DNA of 64,000 bases from the IMG/VR virus record IMGVR_UViG_3300020056_000007; one strand, written 5' to 3'. The notes under the pieces were generated by a model. That model was not told the DNA's origin and did not search any database. It saw only the letters and a program-made list of their open reading frames with translations. The translations under genes and the position numbers were made by a program. Positions 55,369 through 64,000 of the stretch are shown one piece after another; position 1 is the first letter of the stretch; every line of letters begins with the position of its first letter. This DNA comes from a virus.

Positions 55369-57380
55369 TGCCAGAAATTAGAGCGTATAATACAAATATA
55401 GTTCAGCTTGATTTGAATACTTCGAGTATTGTAAAGGTTCAAACTAAAACAAAAGCTGATAATAACTTTTTCGGAACCACGACACAATTTACACTTTCTG
55501 GTTCAGTTCTTGTATTACGAAAAAAATATGCAGAGATCGTAGTTGAATATACTGTAAGCGATCAGAAAAGAGAACTTGAGCAAAGACTTCCTACTACTGA
55601 ACTCGAAAAAAAGCTGAATAATTTAGCAAATTCACCTGAAGCTCTTACACTAAAAAACAAAGCAAATGAGGTAGCAGCCAAACTGGTTGGCCAAGAAGGA
55701 GCGCTTGCAAAAGCACTCGGAGAAGATCTCAATGGATTTAAAGCATTGGGCGAAGCATTCGAAGAAAATGTCAAAACAACTATGCAAGCGTTACCAGTTC
55801 TTTCTACTTCAAGTAGTCTTGGCGCAGCCAAGACTTCGCTCGAGAAGGCCAATTCGGATTTAATTACAGGTAAGTCTACAGGCAACGGAGCACCAAACTT
55901 TGTCGTAGCCCAAGGTTCTCCAAAGGCATTGAATGAATTATTCCAAGGTGCAAATAAGATCTTCGAAGCAGCAAAGCCAGAATTGACTACACTTCTCAAG
56001 GAAGTATCAGCAGTCGCCGAAGAGATTGATGCAGATAAAGTATTGAATGATGTAGCAACCGAAGCATCGACTGAAATCAAAAAGACCGTAAAAGCTTTCA
56101 TGAAAGACATTACACCGAACGAACCATTCGTACAAGCAAAGGAAACTTCATTCGGAAATCTTCTTGCTACTGTAGTCGGAGCTGCTCGGTCTCTTGAACA
56201 AGCAGCATTTGATCTTCCTCTTCAAGGGCTAAAAGAAGATCTACCTGATCTCATAGATGAATTCAAACAGACTAATATATCAAAAAATGTTATCAACGGA
56301 TTGTATTCAGATCCATCGACTAAGACTCCTCTGACAAACGTGATTCAAAAACTTGGAGGAGAGATAAACGAATTTGGTACTTCGAGACAAAAGTTCGATC
56401 TGGTTGATACTATCGAAGAATTTCAGTACGACATCGCTACATGCAAAAGAGATATTACCGCATCAGTTATTCATTGGACTAAATCATTCTCTGATCAGTA
56501 TCTTACTGCATATGATATTGACTTGAATCATAAAAAATTGCAAATTGCAAAACTCGGAGATGAGGAAGTTGCAAATGCAAAAAACAAAAGTGGAATCATG
56601 TGGCATTATGTTATATTAAAAGATGGATCACTACAGAGAGGTCGACCACTTGAACTTGAAACGATTCCAGAGTCACCTTGGCCTACAAGAACCATTCATA
56701 TAGGGTTTGTAGCTGGATATACAATACCATTTGGAGAACAATCTGCCACAATCTATCCATCATCAGAGTCTATTACATCTGCTCAATGGAATACATTTGA
56801 CAAAATAGTAGAATCTCTTATACTACTTAAGCCAGGAATAGCAATCACTGGACATAATACAATCCATCGAGTGACCGCATGTCCAGGCTTCGATGTACAA
56901 TCTTATGTAGAAAGAAAATACAACTACTATACTCCATACACCTCAGAGTATCTCGATCGTGATGAACCATTTACTATAGAAGAACTCGCATCAGTGCCCG
57001 CTAAGAAAATTGCAAACGCGCAAAAGGGCTTCGAACCCTCTAGTGTCGTCGCTGATGTCTTAGCAAAGCGGAACACAAACACGGACAAAAAAACAGGTGA
57101 GACTAAGTTGCCTACGGAACAGGAAATCACCGATGCTATTAGCGAGTTTAAAACCAAAGTGAAAGAACTCGATACTCAAGATATTCAACTTAAAATAAAA
57201 GAAGCTAAAGCTCAGCTCACAGAGCAGTTCAGTAATCCTCGCTCTGAGCTCAATACAGAGATTCAGAAGTTAGCGAACCAAAAGGATGAGATAGTATCCT
57301 CTTTAGAAAGCGCGCGGAAGACATTAGTGAACAGCGGATATGAGTATAGCTCAAAGGAGAACACATGGCTGAAAAAATAA
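55365..57380 (+). CDS. virion protein with N-acetylmuramoyl-L-alanine amidase (T7-lysozyme-like) domain
   Basis: VIHWT, WHYVILKDGSLQRGRP, IGFVAG, GHN, ACPGFDV. Confidence 0.8.
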   Translation: MMPEIRAYNTNIVQLDLNTSSIVKVQTKTKADNNFFGTTTQFTLSGSVLVLRKKYAEIVVEYTVSDQKRELEQRLPTTELEKKLNNLANSPEALTLKNKANEVAAKLVGQEGALAKALGEDLNGFKALGEAFEENVKTTMQALPVLSTSSSLGAAKTSLEKANSDLITGKSTGNGAPNFVVAQGSPKALNELFQGANKIFEAAKPELTTLLKEVSAVAEEIDADKVLNDVATEASTEIKKTVKAFMKDITPNEPFVQAKETSFGNLLATVVGAARSLEQAAFDLPLQGLKEDLPDLIDEFKQTNISKNVINGLYSDPSTKTPLTNVIQKLGGEINEFGTSRQKFDLVDTIEEFQYDIATCKRDITASVIHWTKSFSDQYLTAYDIDLNHKKLQIAKLGDEEVANAKNKSGIMWHYVILKDGSLQRGRPLELETIPESPWPTRTIHIGFVAGYTIPFGEQSATIYPSSESITSAQWNTFDKIVESLILLKPGIAITGHNTIHRVTACPGFDVQSYVERKYNYYTPYTSEYLDRDEPFTIEELASVPAKKIANAQKGFEPSSVVADVLAKRNTNTDKKTGETKLPTEQEITDAISEFKTKVKELDTQDIQLKIKEAKAQLTEQFSNPRSELNTEIQKLANQKDEIVSSLESARKTLVNSGYEYSSKENTWLKK

Positions 57381-58831
57381 TTGTAGATGATGAATATAAT
57401 TACTATGGACCAACTCAACGAGAAGAAGCGACTCGCGGAAAAACAAATAATTCGGTACGTGCTGATAAAACTCATGAGTTCCCTAAACTCCCATATTCAC
57501 ACCAATCTTCGGTAAATAAAACATCGCGTGGTGGTAGGAAAAACTATGTCTATACCGGTGGTGGAGATAAAATAGTCGACTATGTAGACGCCATTCCAGC
57601 GTCGCGAAGATCGAGCTCACAGTATGGTAAGACGTCTGTACATGAGACTATATCTGGTCATACCATTGAATACGACGATACGCCTGGTTCAGAAAGAATC
57701 ATGATATACCATAAGACAGGATCTGGTGTAGAACTTCTTGCCGACGGAACTTCTATCTATAGTAGTGTAGGTAATACAGTGCGCGTGGTACAGAAAGATG
57801 AGAAGGTTGTAGTAGAAGGAGACGCGCACTTAAGTTATAATGGCAATTTAACATTAGACGTCTCTGGTGACTTTAATGTGAAGGTTGGTGGTAACTATAA
57901 CGTTGAGGTGGGTGGAAATGAAGTAAGGAAGACTGATGGCTCGGTCGGTGTCACGATAGGGAAGAAGCACCAAAAGACTGTAAAAGGTAATGAAGTCTCT
58001 ATGGTAGCGGGATCTATTACTGATCAGACTCTCGGTCAACGGTATAGCGTAACAAAGGGCGTTTTTACGGTGCTAGCTGAAGGTGACTATATACAGGCCT
58101 GTAAAGGTACGTTATCTTTGACATCGGAAGATGAAGTTATTCTCTCAAGCCCAGACATGAATATAGCAGCGAATGATTTATCCGTTTTTGGTGCCACTGG
58201 AACGTTTGGTGGAGATACTATAACGGGATATTTCCAGAATGTATTTTGTAAGAGTGGAAGTTTTACTGAGGGAGTAACAGCCCCTACATTCCATGGGGAT
58301 TTAACTGGTAGGGCAGATGAAGCTATAGCTTCTGATACTGCGGTATATGCTTCTTATGGAGGTGGACCAGGTAGTGCGGAAAATTGGACTAATACAAATA
58401 CTGCCACAGACCTTACCGAAACAGCGAGACCTACAAGTGCAATTTTATCAGACTATTTAGATAATAGTGATAGAGCATATATTAGAGTATCTATAGATCC
58501 AGGTGACTATATGAAAAAAGCTATTAATAGAAGTGATTTTTACGGTGGTATTACTGATAAGGATCCTAATATATCTGAGGTACGGGCTTTATTAAAAGAT
58601 CCAGATAATACAAATAATGATACATTTCTTGGTAATTTATTAGCAGCTGGAAAAATATCGAGTTTATATAGCAATGTAGTTCCTTTATATACAGGCAGGC
58701 AAGTAAATCCTGTAGATGCATTATTAACTGGTAGTACAAATCTTGGACAAACTACTCGAGGTGGAAGTAAACAATTTACAATGGGTACAAATACTCGACT
58801 CGAAGATCAATTAAAGAAAAGAGGATTATAA
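57365..58831 (+). CDS. gp5 C-terminal beta-helix spike protein
   Basis: ETISGHTIEYDDTPGSERI..YHKTG; VxG repeats. Confidence 0.85.
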   Translation: MAEKIIVDDEYNYYGPTQREEATRGKTNNSVRADKTHEFPKLPYSHQSSVNKTSRGGRKNYVYTGGGDKIVDYVDAIPASRRSSSQYGKTSVHETISGHTIEYDDTPGSERIMIYHKTGSGVELLADGTSIYSSVGNTVRVVQKDEKVVVEGDAHLSYNGNLTLDVSGDFNVKVGGNYNVEVGGNEVRKTDGSVGVTIGKKHQKTVKGNEVSMVAGSITDQTLGQRYSVTKGVFTVLAEGDYIQACKGTLSLTSEDEVILSSPDMNIAANDLSVFGATGTFGGDTITGYFQNVFCKSGSFTEGVTAPTFHGDLTGRADEAIASDTAVYASYGGGPGSAENWTNTNTATDLTETARPTSAILSDYLDNSDRAYIRVSIDPGDYMKKAINRSDFYGGITDKDPNISEVRALLKDPDNTNNDTFLGNLLAAGKISSLYSNVVPLYTGRQVNPVDALLTGSTNLGQTTRGGSKQFTMGTNTRLEDQLKKRGL

Positions 58832-58832
58832 T

Positions 58833-59495
58833 ATGGCAGGTGTACAATTTGTAGTAGATCAACAATATAATCCAGAATGGCAAGCTAATATTACGAGTGG
58901 TACAAAATTAGCTGCTGGAATAAGTATGGCAAAATTTATATATGGAAGTAGTAATCCAAATGGTATAGATCATATTACCGAAAATGTATCTGATGAAAAT
59001 AAATATAAACTTGCGAAACAATATATTATGCAAGCGACAGCCCTTTTATCGTGCCGTATAAAACCCTTCTCTCGATATAGGGTTAAAGTGGCAGAGGGTT
59101 ATTATAGAATAACAGATAAAAGTCGTGTATATGATGTAGATAGTATATTATATCTACGAAATAAAGGCCGGGCAGTAGTATATGAAATATATGGTGAAGA
59201 TGGAAATGTCGATAATTTAAAAAGTTTTGATTTAGCTCTCCATTTTTCTACTCATAGATATGGCGGTGTTATGCCAGCCAAAACTATTTTATCTTATGAC
59301 AATTATAATCCAAGCGGAAAACTCCATTCTCAAGTTACTCTCATTATGCCCGAAATTCAAGATGGATGGAATGTAAGATATTCATTTACACCGAATCAAG
59401 TAGAAACAAAATATAATGGACATAATCTCACAACTGGTGAATTTGTAGAAGTACTTGAACAACCAAGTGATGGAACAGTTTTATATGGAACATGA
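58833..59495 (+). CDS. hypothetical baseplate-region protein
   Basis: ORF between gp5 and gp25. Confidence 0.7.
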   Translation: MAGVQFVVDQQYNPEWQANITSGTKLAAGISMAKFIYGSSNPNGIDHITENVSDENKYKLAKQYIMQATALLSCRIKPFSRYRVKVAEGYYRITDKSRVYDVDSILYLRNKGRAVVYEIYGEDGNVDNLKSFDLALHFSTHRYGGVMPAKTILSYDNYNPSGKLHSQVTLIMPEIQDGWNVRYSFTPNQVETKYNGHNLTTGEFVEVLEQPSDGTVLYGT

Positions 59496-59506
59496 TCTCT
59501 TTGCGG

Positions 59507-59514
59507 TATAAATA
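59507..59514 (+). promoter_or_regulatory. late promoter TATAAATA
   Basis: Consensus before gp25. Confidence 0.75.
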
Positions 59515-59534
59515 GAAAGAAAGGATAATTACAC

Positions 59535-59990
59535 ATGGCTGTGAGAGCTTTTGCTGCAGAAGATAACCCTACCGATGCTTCCTTTGTTGTTACACGGGAG
59601 AAAAAGTTTTCGGACGTTGATTTTGATTTTCGGAATATCGAAAATGATAATAATGTTCGTACTGATCTTCGCAAAGTACAGGATCTTAATTCAGTAAAAC
59701 AAGCTGTGAAAAATATCCTTTTAACAAATCAAGGTGAAAAACCTTTTATGCCAGTATTTGGTAGTCAATTAAACTATCTTTTATTTGAATTAGATACAGA
59801 ACTTGATGAAGATATAATTGAAGAAGAAATTGCGAATAGTTTAGAAATATATGAACCAAGAGCTATTTTAAGAAATGTTGAAATAGACATGAATGGTGAA
59901 CAAAACAAATGCGATGTAACCGTAGAATTTCAAGTAGTGAATACCGGTGAAATTGCACAAGTCACAGTAGATATTACGAGGATCAGATGA
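59535..59990 (+). CDS. gp25: baseplate wedge gp25
   Basis: VKNILLTNQGEKPFMPVFG, YEPR. Confidence 0.93.
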   Translation: MAVRAFAAEDNPTDASFVVTREKKFSDVDFDFRNIENDNNVRTDLRKVQDLNSVKQAVKNILLTNQGEKPFMPVFGSQLNYLLFELDTELDEDIIEEEIANSLEIYEPRAILRNVEIDMNGEQNKCDVTVEFQVVNTGEIAQVTVDITRIR

Positions 59991-61828
59991 CCACATCAAT
60001 AAAATCTTCCGATCTTGATTTTGCGAATATTAAAGCAGAATTAAAAGATTATTTAAAACAAAAGTCTGAATTTACAGACTATAATTTTGAGGGATCTGCA
60101 CTCAGTAACATTCTGGATGTATTAGCATATAATACTCATCTAAATGGATTAATTGCTAATTTCTCTACAAATGAATCTTTTCTCAATACCGCACAATTGA
60201 GAAGCTCAGTGATTTCCTTAGCTACTGCACTTGGTTATGTTCCTCGGTCAGTTACAACTAGTCAAGCTATTGTAAATTTATCGATTAATATACTTGATGC
60301 AGTGAGACCATCTTCAGTATTTATGCCAAAGAATTTTCTTTTCAACACATCGGTAGAGGGAAGATCTTATACTTTCAGAACTCTTGAGAAAATCTCAGCA
60401 AATGATAATGGTAATGGATTTTATTCTTTTACACTCTCCGATGGATCTGATCTTGTATCTCTATACGAAGGCGTGCAAAAAACGAAAACATTCTATGTCG
60501 GTGAACTTGCTGATGAACAAGTATATGTCATTCCTGATAAAACAATTGATACCGCAACTGTGGAAGTAAAAGTATATCCAACTGCTGCTTCTCCAGATGA
60601 AGATGCTGAAGCTTATACACCAATTAAAGATGCGGTGCGAATCACAGCAGATAGTACTCATTATCAAATTCGCGAGGTCCCTAACGGGACCTATGAACTA
60701 GTATTTGGCGATGGCATCGTAACAGGTAAAAGACCTGTTAGCGGTAACAAAATTATAGTAACATACTTATCATCTATAGGTGCTCCAGCAAATAATGCTA
60801 CAGTATTTACCGCAGCTTCTCAACTTTCGGTTTCTGGTTATGGTAACTACAATGTAAATGTAACAACTGTATCTGAATCGGCAGGAGGAGCTAAAAAAGA
60901 ATCTATAGATTCAATTCGACAAAACGCTCCAATCGCTTTTTCTTCTCAACAAAGATTAGTTACAGCCGAAGACTATACAGCGCAGATTTTATCTCGCTAT
61001 GGAAACGTTCTTGATGATGTTATTACATGGGGTGGTGCTGATAATGATCCTCCTAAATATGGCGTAGTTTATGTAGGACTTAAATTTAAAGCATCTACAA
61101 GTGATGTTATTAAAGCTCAAACAAAAGACGATATTGTAAATTTACTTACAACCAATTTAGGAATTATGTCTATTGGTACAGAGTTTACTGATCCAATAGA
61201 TACATTTATTGAATTAAACTGTCAATTTAGATATGATCCAGACTTATCAGCTATTACACCTAGAGCAACACAAAATGCTATTGTTCAAGCTATGAAAGAT
61301 CATTTTGTGGAAAACTTAAATAAGTTTGGTACAGTTTTTAGACGGTCAAAATTGCTTGCTGAGATTGATGACTTGGATGCCGCCATCTTAAATTCATCAA
61401 TTACTGTAAAAGTTCAGCAAAGATTTTTACCAATAACTAATAAATCTTTAGGTTATAAATTAACATTTCCAATGCAAATAGCTGCGCCAGATGATGAATT
61501 TCATAGAGTTACTTCTGCTCGTTTTTCAATAGCAGGAATTAGTTGCTTTATTAGAAATAGACTTAAAACAAATATTTTAGAGATAGTATCAGTTGGTGGT
61601 GATATTATAAAAGATAATGTTGGTTATTATGAAGAAGGTAGTGGTATAGTTCAATTAGAAGGATTTAATCCATCTACAATTGATGGTGGTGGAGAACTAA
61701 AAGTTTCAGTTGTTCCTGCCAATCAAAGTACTGTTGCACCATTACGTAATTATACTTTAAATTTTGATGAATCATTGAGTTCAGCAAGCGCTATCTTAGA
61801 CTATCAAGAATTACAGGTAACTCTCTAA
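59987..61828 (+). CDS. gp6: baseplate wedge gp6
   Basis: DYNFEGS, LAYNTH, FGDG, QQRLVTAEDY. Confidence 0.95.
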   Translation: MTTSIKSSDLDFANIKAELKDYLKQKSEFTDYNFEGSALSNILDVLAYNTHLNGLIANFSTNESFLNTAQLRSSVISLATALGYVPRSVTTSQAIVNLSINILDAVRPSSVFMPKNFLFNTSVEGRSYTFRTLEKISANDNGNGFYSFTLSDGSDLVSLYEGVQKTKTFYVGELADEQVYVIPDKTIDTATVEVKVYPTAASPDEDAEAYTPIKDAVRITADSTHYQIREVPNGTYELVFGDGIVTGKRPVSGNKIIVTYLSSIGAPANNATVFTAASQLSVSGYGNYNVNVTTVSESAGGAKKESIDSIRQNAPIAFSSQQRLVTAEDYTAQILSRYGNVLDDVITWGGADNDPPKYGVVYVGLKFKASTSDVIKAQTKDDIVNLLTTNLGIMSIGTEFTDPIDTFIELNCQFRYDPDLSAITPRATQNAIVQAMKDHFVENLNKFGTVFRRSKLLAEIDDLDAAILNSSITVKVQQRFLPITNKSLGYKLTFPMQIAAPDDEFHRVTSARFSIAGISCFIRNRLKTNILEIVSVGGDIIKDNVGYYEEGSGIVQLEGFNPSTIDGGGELKVSVVPANQSTVAPLRNYTLNFDESLSSASAILDYQELQVTL

Positions 61829-62848
61829 ATGCCTCATACGCTTAAAAATACTGGAAGAAAAGATGAACTCTTTTTCAATCGTAAAGTTGATGAAGCTTTA
61901 CCTGAACATATAAAAGAGAATCATCCAAAAATTGTAAGCTTCTTAAATGAATATTATAATTTTTTAGATTCTGATGGTGCTAAAGCATTTCAATCTGATA
62001 TTCATAATATTCTTTCATTTAGAGATGTAGAAGAAATACCAAATGATTTATTAAATTTATTGGTATATGAAATTGGATCTAAATTAGAAAATGTAGATAA
62101 ATTTAATGATGAAAGATTTGCTTTAGGAAGACTTCCATATTTTTATAGAGATAAAGGAACATTAAAAGGTACTGAAGAATTTTTTAAATTATTTTTTGGA
62201 ACTGAAGTTGAAGTTGAATATCCGAAGAAAGATATTTTTATTGTAGGTCAAGATGAAATTGGTCCTGATTATGAAAACTATATACAAAACTATGCAAGGT
62301 ATCAAACATATTCTATTCTTTTAAAAATTGGTTTATCAGTTTCTCAGTATAGATCTCTGTATAAAAAGTTTGCACATCCAGCTGGTTGGTATTTTGAAGG
62401 ATTGGTTTCATTTGCAACTGAAGCTAATTTAAATCTATTTGCACAAGAAGCTTTGCAAGATTCAATCTTTGTATCTTCAATTACTGAAGTTTATCAACCA
62501 TTGTTCCACCAATCACGTTATACGGGTTCTGTATCAATTGGGCAGGATGATGTAAGTTATGCAGAATTTGGCGGTACTATAAAGGTAAGAGATGGCAGAA
62601 TTACTAATCAACCAGATCAAAAAGATTCAAGTGAAGATCATTATATTATGACTATTATTGATAAATATCAGAATGTCACTGCTGAGGAATTGGCAAGACA
62701 TTATGTGGTTGGAGAAATAGGTCATCCAAATTCAAGAACATTTGATGAAGACTCTTCAGCTGATCCAGTAATGAGCTTCGATAATGATAAAGAAACATTA
62801 GATGAAGATATGTTTACAAGATATGACGAACAATATCACTATAGATGA
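61829..62848 (+). CDS. baseplate wedge gp7-like (short)
   Basis: YRDKGT...FFKLFFG; HPAG; follows gp6. Confidence 0.7.
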   Translation: MPHTLKNTGRKDELFFNRKVDEALPEHIKENHPKIVSFLNEYYNFLDSDGAKAFQSDIHNILSFRDVEEIPNDLLNLLVYEIGSKLENVDKFNDERFALGRLPYFYRDKGTLKGTEEFFKLFFGTEVEVEYPKKDIFIVGQDEIGPDYENYIQNYARYQTYSILLKIGLSVSQYRSLYKKFAHPAGWYFEGLVSFATEANLNLFAQEALQDSIFVSSITEVYQPLFHQSRYTGSVSIGQDDVSYAEFGGTIKVRDGRITNQPDQKDSSEDHYIMTIIDKYQNVTAEELARHYVVGEIGHPNSRTFDEDSSADPVMSFDNDKETLDEDMFTRYDEQYHYR

Positions 62849-62857
62849 TAATTTTTA

Positions 62858-62865
62858 TATAAATA
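62858..62865 (+). promoter_or_regulatory. late promoter TATAAATA
   Basis: Consensus before 62890. Confidence 0.75.
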
Positions 62866-62889
62866 GAATTAAATTTTCAAAGGTTTAAC

Positions 62890-63933
62890 ATGGCAAAGCA
62901 AGCAATATCACTAGGCACTGTAGCCAACGATGGAACAGGAGATACATTAAGATCTGCTGGTTCTAAAGTAAATGCTAATTTTGATGAGATTTATACACAA
63001 TTTGGAGATGGTAATGCATTAACAACTGGTTTACAATTTTCATCTAATGGTATTATTTTTGAAGGTTCAGTACCAGATAATAATGAAACTACTCTTACTG
63101 TTGAAAATCCAACAGCCGATAGAATTGCAACGCTTCCTGATCATACAGGAGCTATATTAGTTGATAGCGCAATTCAAACTATTGCAAATAAAAGAATTGT
63201 TAGACCTGAAATAGATAGTGCTCAATTAAATGGTTTATTAATAAAAGATAGAGATTCTTCTCACGATTATAATATTATTTCTGGATCATTAACTTCAAAT
63301 GTAAATGTTACTTTACCAAATATTAGTACAGATGATCAATTTACATTTAATAATGCAACTCAGCAATTAAGTAATAAGACTTTATATAGACCTAGAGTTG
63401 AGCAAATGATTTCCGATAGTGTCGGTGAACCATTGCTTGAATTTTTAAGAGTAGGCACGGCTAGTCATATTAGATTTACAAATGCAGATAATCCAGTTAT
63501 CGAAGCCCAAACTACTCTTACAAATGCTCATTTAAATATCGATGCGGCTGGAACTGGATCGGTGGAAATAAGTAAAGTGGCACATGCCACATTAGAAATT
63601 TCTACAGGTGGAGATACAGTAGGTGCACCAGTAACTTCTGGTAACAATGCCAACTTCCAACCAAGCGGACATATACGAGGAGATAAAGCTACATCACTTT
63701 ATATTCAACAACATAATGGAACAATAAATGGTGAAACCAAAGTATATACTAATGGTGGATCAGGAAATATTGAAGTTGCGTTTCCAACCGCAAATAATTT
63801 TGCACAAGGTACTTCTCTCACCATTCATCCAAATGGAGCAGCACAACTTATTTGGAGTGATGATAGATGGTTCATCATGGGTGGACTAGATAGTGACCAT
63901 AATGGAAACAGATTATTGACTATTAACGCATAG
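62890..63933 (+). CDS. gp9/gp10-like baseplate-fibre connector protein
   Basis: MAKQAISLGTVANDGTGDTLR..KVNANFDEIY. Confidence 0.8.
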   Translation: MAKQAISLGTVANDGTGDTLRSAGSKVNANFDEIYTQFGDGNALTTGLQFSSNGIIFEGSVPDNNETTLTVENPTADRIATLPDHTGAILVDSAIQTIANKRIVRPEIDSAQLNGLLIKDRDSSHDYNIISGSLTSNVNVTLPNISTDDQFTFNNATQQLSNKTLYRPRVEQMISDSVGEPLLEFLRVGTASHIRFTNADNPVIEAQTTLTNAHLNIDAAGTGSVEISKVAHATLEISTGGDTVGAPVTSGNNANFQPSGHIRGDKATSLYIQQHNGTINGETKVYTNGGSGNIEVAFPTANNFAQGTSLTIHPNGAAQLIWSDDRWFIMGGLDSDHNGNRLLTINA

Positions 63934-63942
63934 GATTAAAAA

Positions 63943-64000
63943 ATGCCAGCAGTATTAACAGATAAAATTAAAAGAAACATTTTGCAAGTAATGTACGATG
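63943..64000 (+). CDS. probable baseplate wedge gp8, N-terminal fragment
   Basis: AGGA SD; MPAVLTD start and gene order. Confidence 0.5.
   Translation, partial: MPAVLTDKIKRNILQVMYD

Overview
AT-rich 64-kb segment of a T4-like myovirus (lytic tailed phage), most likely marine and infecting an alphaproteobacterium: it carries a permuted, alpha-type two-piece tmRNA with an ANDN... tag. From left to right: (1) the tmRNA gene, whose intervening segment holds a protein-coding gene clamped by a 13-bp inverted repeat, followed by a small outer-membrane beta-barrel gene; (2) a convergent island of tailoring enzymes (radical SAM, two TauD-like, sulfotransferase-like, five 2OG-Fe(II)/cupin oxygenases, methyltransferase); (3) early genes and a Na+/Pi cotransporter; (4) a late block of probable capsid-internal proteins, including a ligase-fold and an HxGH nucleotidyltransferase; (5) spanins, class II RNR, RNase H, PhoH and an exonuclease; (6) a glycosyl/methyltransferase island; (7) early genes, IscA, glutaredoxin and three tRNAs; (8) gp33 and gp32, then an unexplained structured GC-rich RNA; (9) the baseplate/tail module (tape measure, gp51/gp26 with a likely -1 frameshift, gp54, gp2, gp4, gp48, gp53, hub, a three-gene gp5, gp25, gp6, gp7-like, gp9-like, start of gp8). 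T4-type early (TTTACA/TGTACA-17-TAGAAT) and late (TATAAATA) promoters are visible throughout. All family calls come from recognising motifs by eye; no database search was run.
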